Virus record (IMG/VR): IMGVR_UViG_3300037465_000124
Location: 1 to 35,654 of that record
Origin: a virus
Lineage: Duplodnaviria > Caudoviricetes
DNA: 35,654 nt
Direction: 5' to 3' (one strand)
Positions 1 to 8,695 of the stretch are shown here, one piece after another. The position numbers and the translations under genes were made by a program. The first letter of the stretch is position 1; each line of letters starts with the position of its first letter. The notes beneath the pieces are model-generated. The model made no database searches and was not told the origin of the DNA. It saw only the letters and a list, made by a program, of their open reading frames with translations.

Positions 1-195
1 TCGCTCGCCTACTTCGAGTGGTCGGTGGAATGCCCGACCCCGGACGAGCTCGACGATGAGGTGATGGCCGACCCGGCTTCGTGGGCGCAGGCGAATCCCG
101 GCCTCGGGATCCGGATCTCCGCCGAGCACGTCGCGCGGGAGCTTCGCTCGATGGACAAGCGCACGTTCGCGGTGGAGCGGCTCGGCGTCGGCGAT
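1..195. repeat. Terminal direct repeat (circular assembly overlap), copy 1
   Basis: 1-195 matches 35460-35654 except C68 vs T35527; lies inside the terminase CDS, so it is most likely assembly overlap rather than a physical terminal repeat. Confidence 0.95.
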
Positions 196-783
196 TGGCC
201 GCGGACAGACGGGATCGGGCGCGTGGTCATCACGCCCGAGCAGTGGGCAGGGGCCCGTGACGAGGACTCGCGCGTGCTCGACCCTGTTACCTTCGCCTTC
301 GACGTCTCGCCCGATCGCAAGCGGGCGACGGTGGGCGCAGCCGGACGCCGCGAGGACGGCCTCCTGCACGTGGAGACGGTGGCACTGCGGGCAGGGACGG
401 GCTGGGTCGTGTCTGAGCTCGTGCGCCTCGTCGAGGAGCACGGCCCGCTCGCGGTGCTGTGCGACGACGCGAGTCCGGCGGCCTCGCTTGTCCGCGACCT
501 TGAGCACGTCGGCGTTGCGGTGCAGACGCTGAACGCGCGTGAGTACGCGGAGGCGTGCGGACTCTTCCATGACATGATCGAGCAGGACCGGCTCCGGCAT
601 CTCGGTGGCTCCGAACTCGACTCGGCGCTCAAGGGCGCAGCGACGCGTCCGCTCGGGGAGCGCTGGGCGTGGTCGCGGCGGAACTCGAGCGCCGACATCA
701 CGCCGCTTGTCGCGTGCTCGGTCGCGCTCTGGGGGTTCGTCGCTTCTGACCGGGTGACAGAGCCGTGGGCGCTCGTCCGCTGA
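1..783 (+). CDS. terL: Terminase large subunit, C-terminal (nuclease) part; continues from 34773 across the join (~489 aa total)
   Basis: ANPGLG, FAFDVSPDR and DITPLVA motifs typical of actinophage TerL; frame continuous with 34773-35654. Confidence 0.93.
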   Translation, partial: SLAYFEWSVECPTPDELDDEVMADPASWAQANPGLGIRISAEHVARELRSMDKRTFAVERLGVGDWPRTDGIGRVVITPEQWAGARDEDSRVLDPVTFAFDVSPDRKRATVGAAGRREDGLLHVETVALRAGTGWVVSELVRLVEEHGPLAVLCDDASPAASLVRDLEHVGVAVQTLNAREYAEACGLFHDMIEQDRLRHLGGSELDSALKGAATRPLGERWAWSRRNSSADITPLVACSVALWGFVASDRVTEPWALVR

Positions 784-794
784 GGCGCCTCTCG

Positions 795-802
795 GCCGAT
801 AG
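795..802 (+). promoter_or_regulatory. Start-associated motif GCCGATAG, copy 1
   Basis: 12 nt upstream of GTG at 815. Confidence 0.65.
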
Positions 803-814
803 GCGCAGGCGGAC

Positions 815-976
815 GTGCGACGGCTGCCGCTCACCCTCCCTGCTTCGCTCTTCGCGCTTGGCCTGATCCTCGTTTCGGCAGGTGCGGGATGGATATACCC
901 GCCCGCCGGCGTGGTCGTGCTCGGCAGCGGCCTCGCACTCTTCGCAGTGGCGATCGGGATCGGGCGCGGGCAGTGA
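815..976 (+). CDS. Small membrane protein (53 aa) between terL and portal
   Basis: Read by hand: MRRLPLTLPASLFALGLILVSAGAGWIYPPAGVVVLGSGLALFAVAIGIGRGQ; two hydrophobic segments; its TGA overlaps the portal GTG (GTGA). Confidence 0.7.
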   Translation: MRRLPLTLPASLFALGLILVSAGAGWIYPPAGVVVLGSGLALFAVAIGIGRGQ

Positions 977-2277
977 GCGCGCTCAAGGCATTGGCGCGAG
1001 GATTCGGGCTCGAGCGGAAGGACTCGCTCCTGTCCGGCGACTGGCCGTGGTCAAGCCCCCCGCCTGCAGAGTGGCTCCTGGGCGGGTTCCCGCTCTCCCT
1101 CGAACGAGCGGTCGGGCTCCCTGCGCTGCTCGGGATTCTGCTCCGAACAGGGCAGGGCGTCGGGATGATGCCGCGGAAGGTGTACGAGCGCTCGGCGGAG
1201 GGACGCGCAGAGGCACCTGGCGAGCGTGTATTCAAGCTGCTGCACGACAGGCCCTCCGAGGAGTCGACGCCGTTCGCGTTCAACGCCGACCTCGCCGGCT
1301 CGCTTGCCGGTACGGGCATGGGCTTCGTTCGCAAGATCAAGTCCTCGCGAGGCGTCGTCGTCGAGCTTCTTGTCGAGGACGCGACGGCCTGGAAGCCGCG
1401 CCGTCTCGGCGGACTGCTCGTGTTCGACCACCGCCGGGACGGAGGGCAGGCGGCGCCGCTCGATCAGCGCGACCTGATCTTCGTGCGGGGGATGGCGCTA
1501 CCGGGATCACTCGAGGGGCTTTCGCCCGTGGGCGCACACCGGCTCGGCATCTCGCTCGGGCTCCACCGGCAGCGCTTCGAGCTTTCACACTACCAGCGCG
1601 GCGCCTGGCCGGGCGTGATTCTGAACTTCCCGCAGGCGATGACGCCGGAGCAGGCCGAGCGCTGGCTCGACGTCTGGGATCAGCGGCACGAAGGCGCCGA
1701 GCAGGCGGGGCGAACGGCGGCGATCGGCGGTGGCGCGCAGGCGACTGTGCTCCCGGTCAACCTCGCGGACGCGCAGTACGTGGAGGCGAACCGTATGACC
1801 GCCGAGCAGCTCGGCGCGATCTACGCGATGCCCAAGCCGTTCCTCAACATCGGGGACTCCTCCCCGGTAGATGCCGACTGGCGTTTCTGGGTGACGTTCG
1901 GGCTCGGTTGGATCACGACCGCCATCGACCAAGCGCTGAACGCGGATCGCGACCTCTTCCCGGCAGGCTCGCGGCTCTACTGCGAGACGGTGACGGATGC
2001 GCTGCTGAAGCCCGACATTCGCACCCGCTATGAGGCGTACAAGGCCGCGCGGCAGGCGGGCTGGATGACCTCGAACGAGATCCGCAAGCTCGAGAACCTG
2101 CCTCCGCATCCCAACGGGGACGTGCTGCAGGTGATCCCGGTGGGAGGCGGCGAGCCGGCTGACAAGGCGGCCGCACTCACCTACCTCAAGGAGCTGCTTT
2201 CGAACGCGGACGAGGAGAAGGCGGAGATCCTGCGAGCCGTGCTCGAACGAGCAAACGGTGTGGGTGTGCTCGCATGA
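973..2277 (+). CDS. HK97-family portal protein
   Basis: GLSPV, DAQYVE and GWMTSNEIRKLENLPP motifs; position after terL; start moved to GTG 973 because of the GTGA overlap. Confidence 0.92.
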   Translation: MSALKALARGFGLERKDSLLSGDWPWSSPPPAEWLLGGFPLSLERAVGLPALLGILLRTGQGVGMMPRKVYERSAEGRAEAPGERVFKLLHDRPSEESTPFAFNADLAGSLAGTGMGFVRKIKSSRGVVVELLVEDATAWKPRRLGGLLVFDHRRDGGQAAPLDQRDLIFVRGMALPGSLEGLSPVGAHRLGISLGLHRQRFELSHYQRGAWPGVILNFPQAMTPEQAERWLDVWDQRHEGAEQAGRTAAIGGGAQATVLPVNLADAQYVEANRMTAEQLGAIYAMPKPFLNIGDSSPVDADWRFWVTFGLGWITTAIDQALNADRDLFPAGSRLYCETVTDALLKPDIRTRYEAYKAARQAGWMTSNEIRKLENLPPHPNGDVLQVIPVGGGEPADKAAALTYLKELLSNADEEKAEILRAVLERANGVGVLA

Positions 2278-2335
2278 AGAGCGCTATCTGGACGAAGCCC
2301 GACACGGGCATCCGGACGCGGGTGTTCTACTTGCC

Positions 2336-2343
2336 GCCGATAG
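2336..2343 (+). promoter_or_regulatory. Start-associated motif GCCGATAG, copy 2
   Basis: GCCGATAGGCGCGGGCGATG; 9 nt to ATG 2353; 20-mer identical to the copy at 4887. Confidence 0.75.
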
Positions 2344-2352
2344 GCGCGGGCG

Positions 2353-3003
2353 ATGAAGCCCGCATGGCGCACGAAGGACTTCCCCTTCGAGCTGAAGGAC
2401 CTGGACGAGGAAGCCGGCACGTTCACCGGCTATGCGGCCGTGTTCGGGAACGTCGACCTCGACGGCGACGTGATCGAGCCGGGAGCGTTCCGCAAGACGA
2501 TCCGCGAGTCCGGTGGCAAGGTGCCGATCCTCTGGCAGCACGACCGTTACGAGCCAATCGGGGTAGGGAAGCTTGCCGAGGACGGGAAGGGGCTGCTCGC
2601 GGAGGGTCAGCTCAACGTCGAGACGCAGCGCGGCCGCGAGGCCCGCGCGCTCATGCAGCAGGGCGCTCTCTCCGGGCTCTCGATCGGCTACAAGGCGATC
2701 AAGCCGGTGTACGAGGCGGGTGTTCGCCGGCTGAAGGAGATCGCGGTGCGGGAGTTCTCGCCGGTGACGTTCCCGGCGAACGAGCTCGCCCGTGTTGCCA
2801 CCGTCAAAGGGATGGGGTCGCTGCTGCGCGACCTGCGGTTACTGCGCGAGACCGACGAAGAAGGTTTCAAGGCACTCCTCGCTGAGCTCGAGCCGGACGA
2901 GAGTCCACTCGAGGACGACGGAGCCGCCGGGCTAGGAGTCGAGCCGGAAGTCACCACTCGCCTCCGTGAACTCCACACACGGATGCAGGAGGTGATCCGA
3001 TGA
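2353..3003 (+). CDS. HK97-family prohead protease (peptidase S78)
   Basis: FTGYAAVFGNVD, ILWQHD, GLSIGY and EFSPVTFPAN motifs. Confidence 0.95.
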   Translation: MKPAWRTKDFPFELKDLDEEAGTFTGYAAVFGNVDLDGDVIEPGAFRKTIRESGGKVPILWQHDRYEPIGVGKLAEDGKGLLAEGQLNVETQRGREARALMQQGALSGLSIGYKAIKPVYEAGVRRLKEIAVREFSPVTFPANELARVATVKGMGSLLRDLRLLRETDEEGFKALLAELEPDESPLEDDGAAGLGVEPEVTTRLRELHTRMQEVIR

Positions 3004-4136
3004 GTGACGAGATCAAGGGTCTCGTCGACGACCTCCACTCCGCGTTCGAGGAGCTGAAGAAGACGCTTGACGAACGCGAGCAGGAGGTGAAGCAGCTCGG
3101 GGAGGCGCGGGCCGAGACCGAGCAGAAGCTCGAGCAGGTTCAGACGCAGATCGACGCGGTCGAGGGGCGGCTGGAGAAGCTCAAGCTCGACACGAAGGAC
3201 GAGGACGGCTCCTCCGAAGAGTACAAGGCGTTCCTCGCGTGGGCGCGCAAGGGCAACCGGGTCTCCGAGGACGAGATCAAGGCGCTGAGTGTGTCTACGG
3301 ACACTGAAGGCGGCTTCCTCGCTCCCGCCGAGTTCCTGCGCGAGATCCTCAAGGGCGTCGTCGAGTTCTCGCCGCTGCGCCGATTCGCTCGCGTGAGCGA
3401 GACCTCCGCGCAGTCGGTGAAAGTGCCCAAGCGCACGGGCACGTTCTCGGCGGTGTGGGTCGCCGAGCAGGGCACGCGCTCGGAGACGACGGGACTCGCC
3501 TACGGGATGGAGGAGATCCCGACGCACGAGGCATACGCGCTCGTCGACGTCTCGAACCAGTTGCTCGAGGACGCTGTATTCGACATCGAAGCGGAGCTTG
3601 AGATGGAATACGCCGAGCAGTTCGGCGTGGCCGAGGGCGCTGCGTTCGTGAACGGCACCGGGGTGGGACGCCCGGAGGGCTTCCTGCAGCACCCCGACGT
3701 CCAGAGCATCACCTCGACGACGAACGATGTGCTCGACGAGGACGACTTCGCGAAGCTGCTGTACGCGCTCAAGGAGCCCTATCACGCTCGCGCGGCGTGG
3801 CTCCTGAACCGCTTGACGCTTCGCGACGCTCGATTGCTCAAGGACGCAAACGGACAGTTCCTGTGGCAGCCGGCGCTCGCGCTCGACGTCCCGGCGACGA
3901 TCCTCGGCAAGCCGTACGCGATGGCGACGGACATGCCGACCATCGCGAACGCAGCGAGGGCGCTGGCCGTCGGAGACTGGTCGCGGGGCTACCGCATCGT
4001 CGACCGGATCTCCATGTCGGTCCAGCGCGACCCGTACACCCAGGCGACCTCGGGCAACACGCGCTTCATCGCACGCAAGCGCGTGGGAGGCCAGGTCGTC
4101 GTGGCCGAGGCCATCAAGGTCCTCACGATCCAGTAG
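3000..4136 (+). CDS. HK97-family major capsid protein with coiled-coil delta domain
   Basis: N-terminal coiled coil, GGFLAP, WVAEQ, GTGVGRPEG, LKDANGQFLWQP; SD GGAGGTG. Confidence 0.95.
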   Translation: MSDEIKGLVDDLHSAFEELKKTLDEREQEVKQLGEARAETEQKLEQVQTQIDAVEGRLEKLKLDTKDEDGSSEEYKAFLAWARKGNRVSEDEIKALSVSTDTEGGFLAPAEFLREILKGVVEFSPLRRFARVSETSAQSVKVPKRTGTFSAVWVAEQGTRSETTGLAYGMEEIPTHEAYALVDVSNQLLEDAVFDIEAELEMEYAEQFGVAEGAAFVNGTGVGRPEGFLQHPDVQSITSTTNDVLDEDDFAKLLYALKEPYHARAAWLLNRLTLRDARLLKDANGQFLWQPALALDVPATILGKPYAMATDMPTIANAARALAVGDWSRGYRIVDRISMSVQRDPYTQATSGNTRFIARKRVGGQVVVAEAIKVLTIQ

Positions 4137-4157
4137 GCCGAGAGGAGGTAGCAAGAG

Positions 4158-4583
4158 ATGCGTGATCTCTACTCGAACGTCTCGGCCGTCAAGTCGATCT
4201 TGCCGATCGTCGGCAACAACGACACCGAGGGCACCGGGACGGGCGTCGACCTCAAGGGGTACGAGTCGGCGTTCGTGGTCTTCGAGGTGGGCGCGTCCGG
4301 CGACACGCTGTCCGGAACCGTGCTCATCACGCTGAGGGTGCAGGAGTCGGACGACGACTCCACCTACACGGACGTGGCTGCTGCCGACCTCGTCGGCGGA
4401 GCGAACGCGATCGTGATCGACGACCCGGCCGAGGACGACGTGATCCACGTGCGCGGATACAACGGCGCCAGGCGCTACATCCGCGCGTTCGTGGACTTCA
4501 CCGGCACGCACACGAACGGCATCCCGATCAGCGCCGTGGTCGTGCGTGGGAACGCGAGGCATCTGGGCGGCCAGGCCGCGTAG
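4158..4583 (+). CDS. Putative head decoration/structural protein
   Basis: Directly after MCP; strong SD; GVDLKGY..QESDD..Y.G.RRYIR pattern seen in post-capsid genes. Confidence 0.7.
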   Translation: MRDLYSNVSAVKSILPIVGNNDTEGTGTGVDLKGYESAFVVFEVGASGDTLSGTVLITLRVQESDDDSTYTDVAAADLVGGANAIVIDDPAEDDVIHVRGYNGARRYIRAFVDFTGTHTNGIPISAVVVRGNARHLGGQAA

Positions 4584-4596
4584 AAGCCGCTGAGGC

Positions 4597-4642
4597 GACG
4601 GTGCCGCTCACTGAGATCCCTGATTTGGTGGGCGGCACCGTC
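4597..4642 (+). terminator. Long GC-rich hairpin (terminator or mRNA-stabilising stem) after the capsid genes
   Basis: GACGGTGCCGCTCACTGA...TTGGTGGGCGGCACCGTC, ~20 bp including GU pairs; no U-tract. Confidence 0.6.
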
Positions 4643-4657
4643 CCTGAGAGGAGAGCG

Positions 4658-4894
4658 ATGAAGCTGCGGATGCGACAGACCCACCACGACGCGGTACGCA
4701 ACGAGCCTGTCACGCTGGCTGCGGGGGAGGAATACGAGCTCCCCGCGGACGTTGCGGGACGGATCCTCTCGATGGGGATCGCCGAAGAGGTCAAGGACGC
4801 AGGCCCGGCACCCGAGAACAAGGACGCGGGAGCGGCGGAGGAAAACAAGAGCGAGGCCAAGCCTCGCAGACGCCGTTGGAGCTTCGGCCGATAG
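4658..4894 (+). CDS. Small hypothetical head-region protein
   Basis: SD AGGAG then ATG 4658; its TAG stop lies inside the next GCCGATAG motif. Confidence 0.65.
   Translation: MKLRMRQTHHDAVRNEPVTLAAGEEYELPADVAGRILSMGIAEEVKDAGPAPENKDAGAAEENKSEAKPRRRRWSFGR
4887..4894 (+). promoter_or_regulatory. Start-associated motif GCCGATAG, copy 3
   Basis: 9 nt to ATG 4904. Confidence 0.75.
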
Positions 4895-4903
4895 GCGCGG
4901 GCG

Positions 4904-5167
4904 ATGCCGGTCATCCGCGTCAGGCTCGAAGATCCATCCGGCGAGTGGCGGTCCGCCGCAGTGGCGGCTGACACCCAGGACGAGGCGGTGGCAGTCGTGG
5001 AGGCGCTCGAGGCCAAGCGCACTGCGTTCCTGATCGATCCCTCGGAGGCGAAGGAGCTCGAGCGCAAGCTGCGTGAGGGCTCGCTCTCTGGCCGGGAGAA
5101 GGCCCGGCTGCTCACACATCGTCAGGAGCGGCCGTACAAGGTCGTGAAGGCCGGGAAGGGAGGCTAG
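4904..5167 (+). CDS. Hypothetical protein
   Basis: 87 aa ORF tightly packed in the operon. Confidence 0.65.
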   Translation: MPVIRVRLEDPSGEWRSAAVAADTQDEAVAVVEALEAKRTAFLIDPSEAKELERKLREGSLSGREKARLLTHRQERPYKVVKAGKGG

Positions 5168-5168
5168 C

Positions 5169-5618
5169 GTGGCGATCACCGTCGCTCTCTACGGGCTCAC
5201 GCAGGAGAAGGTGGTCGAACAGGCCGGCGCCGACGTGAACATCCTGTCTGGCACGGCCAAGCTGTCGCTGCACACGGCCACCTACGTGCCGAACCGCGAC
5301 ACGGACGACTTCTTCAACGACGCGACCAACGAGCTGGCCGCGGGCGGTGGCTACACGGCCGGCGGGGAGACGCTCGGCTCCAAGACCGTCACCTACGACT
5401 CGGCCTCCGATCAGGTCCGTTTCGACGCTGCGGATGTGACCTGGACGTTCACGGCCTCGAAGACATGGCGCTACGGCGTGGGCTACATCGACACGGCCGG
5501 GGCTGCCACGACCGACCCGCTCTACTTCCTGCTCACCTGGGACTCGGACCAGACGGTATCGACCCCATATACCCTTCAGTGGGACGCCGCCGGGATTCTT
5601 TTCTGGGACACGACCTGA
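5169..5618 (+). CDS. Putative virion accessory protein
   Basis: Thr/Gly-rich beta-type sequence (TNELAAGGGYTAGGETL); SD GGAGG. Confidence 0.7.
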   Translation: MAITVALYGLTQEKVVEQAGADVNILSGTAKLSLHTATYVPNRDTDDFFNDATNELAAGGGYTAGGETLGSKTVTYDSASDQVRFDAADVTWTFTASKTWRYGVGYIDTAGAATTDPLYFLLTWDSDQTVSTPYTLQWDAAGILFWDTT

Positions 5619-5619
5619 C

Positions 5620-6879
5620 GTGAGCGCGGGCGATCTCATCGCCCGCTCGATCGCCGAGCATCGTCTCAACGCCTGGTACTACAAGGCGTTCCAACGGGAC
5701 AACCCCGTGCTCGCGCCGAAGGTGCTCGCCTACCTCGACGGCGGCGAGCGCCCGACGGACGCGGATCTCGGCTCCAACCACTACGCGCTTGGGCTCGTCC
5801 TCGCGGAGGACGCCAGGCGGGAGTTGGTCGTTCCCGAGCCTGAGCCACCGAGCATGCGGTTGCTCCCGCTCCCGGACCGTTTCCATGTCTGGGGCGGGAA
5901 CGAGCAGCAGAAGATGGCCGAGTGCGGGCTCGTCGTCTGCGCCTTCAGCTCGAATGCCGACCCGCGTGTCGCTCGTCAGCAGAACCCGCGACTCGTCGCG
6001 CTCTCGAACCTCTCGCTCGATCCCTTCAACGCAGACTGGCGGCAGCGCAAGGGGTTCTCGTGGACGTACGGCGGCGGGATCCAGGGTTGGCCGGGTGTCA
6101 ACGACTCGCTTACCCCGAACCCGCAGGGCACGATCCGCGGCTGGCAGTCCTCGGATGCCGGGTGCAAGCAGGCAGACGGCTTGCAGGGCTTCGCGCTGCA
6201 TCGTTCCGAGACCGCTGACTTCCTCGCCCGCGCGGCCTTCTACGCATGGAAGCTCGGCAAGTTCGCCGAGCGCGGCTACGACGGCGTCTGGTCGGACAAC
6301 CTCTTTCCGGGCGACGTGCTCTCGGCGGGCTGGTGCTACGGATCCTGCGGCGCTGGCATCGACCGAGCCGCCTGGGATGCCGGGCTCGTCACGATCACAC
6401 GGCGGCTCCGCTCGCTCGGCGGGCCGATGCTCCTCGGTGGAAACGTCGTCTACCGGGCGAGCGACCCGACGCTGCGCTCCGAGACGAGCGTCACCCTGCG
6501 CGAGAACCTGGACGTGGTGATCGCCCAGGGCATCGATTCGGTGTGGGCTGACGTGCAGCAGATGCACGCCTGGGCCTCGGTGCCGAGCGTGGACGGGCTC
6601 TCCAAGCTCATCGCACTCAACGATCGGGTGCCGCAGGCAGACGCCGCACGCCAGCGTTTCGGGCTCGCGGTCGCGCTCGTCTACGGCGGCCTGTATGCGG
6701 CCTACGACGGGAACCACGCGAACACGTACTGGCCGGCCGAGATCGCCGAAGGCGGGAAGGTCGGCTACCTCGGGCATCCCACCGGCCCCCCGCAGCGTCT
6801 CGGGAACGTGCTCTCGCGCGCCTACGGCGATCGCGTCGTGCGTGCCGACTTCTCCTCCAAGACCGCGTCCTTCGCCTAA
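5620..6879 (+). CDS. Putative glycoside-hydrolase-like TIM-barrel protein (GHL15-like)
   Basis: GYDGVWSDN, RFGLAVAL and C-terminal LG.P.GP..R.G.V..R.Y resemble hypothetical glycosyl hydrolase family 15 (by eye). Confidence 0.55.
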   Translation: MSAGDLIARSIAEHRLNAWYYKAFQRDNPVLAPKVLAYLDGGERPTDADLGSNHYALGLVLAEDARRELVVPEPEPPSMRLLPLPDRFHVWGGNEQQKMAECGLVVCAFSSNADPRVARQQNPRLVALSNLSLDPFNADWRQRKGFSWTYGGGIQGWPGVNDSLTPNPQGTIRGWQSSDAGCKQADGLQGFALHRSETADFLARAAFYAWKLGKFAERGYDGVWSDNLFPGDVLSAGWCYGSCGAGIDRAAWDAGLVTITRRLRSLGGPMLLGGNVVYRASDPTLRSETSVTLRENLDVVIAQGIDSVWADVQQMHAWASVPSVDGLSKLIALNDRVPQADAARQRFGLAVALVYGGLYAAYDGNHANTYWPAEIAEGGKVGYLGHPTGPPQRLGNVLSRAYGDRVVRADFSSKTASFA

Positions 6880-6881
6880 GC

Positions 6882-7673
6882 ATGCCGCTCGTCGATACCG
6901 GCCTCGTCTGCCGCTACTACTTCGACGAGGCGGCCTCCGGCACGACCCCGACTGCCGTCGAGGATCACTCGTCGAACAACTACGACCTGACCGAGATCGA
7001 CTACGGCGCGGGGAACATGTTCTACACCGAGGTCTCGGGCAACCGGGGTCTCGAATCCACGGTCACGACAGGCGTGCAGCGGGCGAGGCGCACGGTGAGC
7101 GACACCTCGGATGCGCTCCGGGACGCGATCGACGGCTTGCAGAAGATCACGTTCGAGCTCGTGCTCGCGATCGACAACGTGACGACCAATCACTCCCGCG
7201 TCTTCGTCGTCAACGACCGCGTGGGCTCCAACGCGCGCATCGGTCTCAACGGACGCCAGGAGGGTGTCTACTTCTGCCGCTGGAACGGGAATGAGTCGAA
7301 CGACTTCAACGAGTCGATGGAGGGCACCCGCAAGGTGTTCCACATCGTCTACGACACGACGCAGGCGGCAGCCGCCGATCGTGCGATCGCCTACGTCAAC
7401 AACGTCGCCAAGTCAATGACGGTCACTTCGACGATCACGCAGAACTCGACCCTCTCGCTCGGCACCGGCCTCGACCTGATCGCCTGCAACCGCGAGAACG
7501 CGGGCACTTGGGACCGCTCGTTCGACGGCACGCTCTTCTACGCGGCGATCTACACGGGGGCGATGTCTGCCGCCGACCGCACGACGAACTACGACGTGCT
7601 CTCGGCAGACGACGACGCGCCGCCGGTTACTGCCCCCACGCTCCGCGTCCTCTCTTCCAATCTGCGCTGGTAG
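6882..7673 (+). CDS. Concanavalin-A/LamG-like virion accessory protein
   Basis: GLVCRYYFDEAASGT..D.S.N, HIVYD..YVN and FDGTL..AAIY LamG-like pattern. Confidence 0.65.
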   Translation: MPLVDTGLVCRYYFDEAASGTTPTAVEDHSSNNYDLTEIDYGAGNMFYTEVSGNRGLESTVTTGVQRARRTVSDTSDALRDAIDGLQKITFELVLAIDNVTTNHSRVFVVNDRVGSNARIGLNGRQEGVYFCRWNGNESNDFNESMEGTRKVFHIVYDTTQAAAADRAIAYVNNVAKSMTVTSTITQNSTLSLGTGLDLIACNRENAGTWDRSFDGTLFYAAIYTGAMSAADRTTNYDVLSADDDAPPVTAPTLRVLSSNLRW

Positions 7674-7675
7674 CG

Positions 7676-7683
7676 GCCGATAG
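7676..7683 (+). promoter_or_regulatory. Start-associated motif GCCGATAG, copy 4
   Basis: 7 nt to GTG 7691. Confidence 0.75.
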
Positions 7684-7690
7684 GCGGGAC

Positions 7691-8125
7691 GTGGCCTGGC
7701 ACTCAGTCAGCGGCCGAACGGACGCGCTCCCCACCTCGCTCCGTGGCCCTTCGCTCTATGCTGCTGCGGCCGCCGGTGCGCGGCTGCGCGAGGTCGAGAT
7801 CGCGAATACGACGGCCACTGCGGTCGCGGTCGGGCTCATCCGCTGGACCGCCACCGGCACGCAGGGCACTGCACTCACCGAAGCTGCGTGGGATCAGAAC
7901 ATGGTCGCACCGCAATGCACGGCGTTCAACACGCACACGGCCGATGCGACAGCTGGCGACGTGATCCGTCGCACCGTGCTTGGTGCTGCGATCGGAGCTG
8001 CGGTCATCTGGACCTTCGGCGGTTCCGGGGTCGTGATCCCCGAAGGCACGGCGAATGGGGTCGGGATCTACCTGCCCACGGGCACCGCGCAGCACCTCGA
8101 CTTCAGTTTCATCTGGGAAGAGTAA
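7691..8125 (+). CDS. Putative virion accessory protein
   Basis: In frame with ORF 7508-8125; beta-rich, ends FIWEE; start placed after the motif. Confidence 0.65.
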   Translation: MAWHSVSGRTDALPTSLRGPSLYAAAAAGARLREVEIANTTATAVAVGLIRWTATGTQGTALTEAAWDQNMVAPQCTAFNTHTADATAGDVIRRTVLGAAIGAAVIWTFGGSGVVIPEGTANGVGIYLPTGTAQHLDFSFIWEE

Positions 8126-8128
8126 GCC

Positions 8129-8695
8129 GTGCCCTCGCAGGGGCCGCTCTACCCCGGCACGGTCACGACGGAGATCGGGCCTTCGGGCGACAACGACTGG
8201 ACGAACCCGGGCAACATCTCCGCCAACGATGGCTCGGAAGCGCAGATCACCGCCGCCACCTACGACACGGGCGACCACTCCTACCGGCTGAGGGCGCAGA
8301 ACTTCGGGTTCACGATCCCGGCCGGGGCGACCATCGACGGGATCGTGGTCGAGATCGAGCAGCGCAGCTTCGCGGGCGCGGCCGAGGATCAGGAAGTTCG
8401 CCTGTACAACGGCACCGGCACGCTCGTCGGGGACGACAAGCAGACCGCCACAGCCTGGCCGGGCACGGCCACGATCGCCACCTACGGCGGCTCCACGGAC
8501 GACTGGAACGCGGGCCTGACGGACGCGGACGTGAACGACGTGGACTTCGGGGTGGCGCACATCGTCCTTGCGACGGCCAACAACACGGACATCGGCGTTG
8601 ACTTCATCCGCGTGACGGTGCACTACACGGAGGCACCTGTGAGCATTCCTCAACGCTTGTCGCCCCCTATTCTCCCAGCCGGGTGGGCTGAGTGA
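8129..8695 (+). CDS. Putative virion accessory beta-sandwich protein
   Basis: WTNPGNI, FGFTIPAGATIDGIVVEI, YGGSTDDW pattern. Confidence 0.65.
   Translation: MPSQGPLYPGTVTTEIGPSGDNDWTNPGNISANDGSEAQITAATYDTGDHSYRLRAQNFGFTIPAGATIDGIVVEIEQRSFAGAAEDQEVRLYNGTGTLVGDDKQTATAWPGTATIATYGGSTDDWNAGLTDADVNDVDFGVAHIVLATANNTDIGVDFIRVTVHYTEAPVSIPQRLSPPILPAGWAE

Noticed and set aside
889-972. N-terminal extension of the portal ORF
   Set aside because: Region is better explained by the 815-976 membrane gene with a GTGA overlap
2274-2885. ORF MKSAIWTKPD... overlapping the portal stop
   Set aside because: Mostly an alternate frame of the protease gene; no recognisable protein
2688-4562. Long minus-strand ORFs (e.g. 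624 aa here, 9316-10989, 5533-6777) and long alternate-frame + ORFs (8777-10666, 882-2033)
   Set aside because: Shadow ORFs of high-GC coding sequence; Arg/Gly/Pro-rich and overlapping well-supported genes
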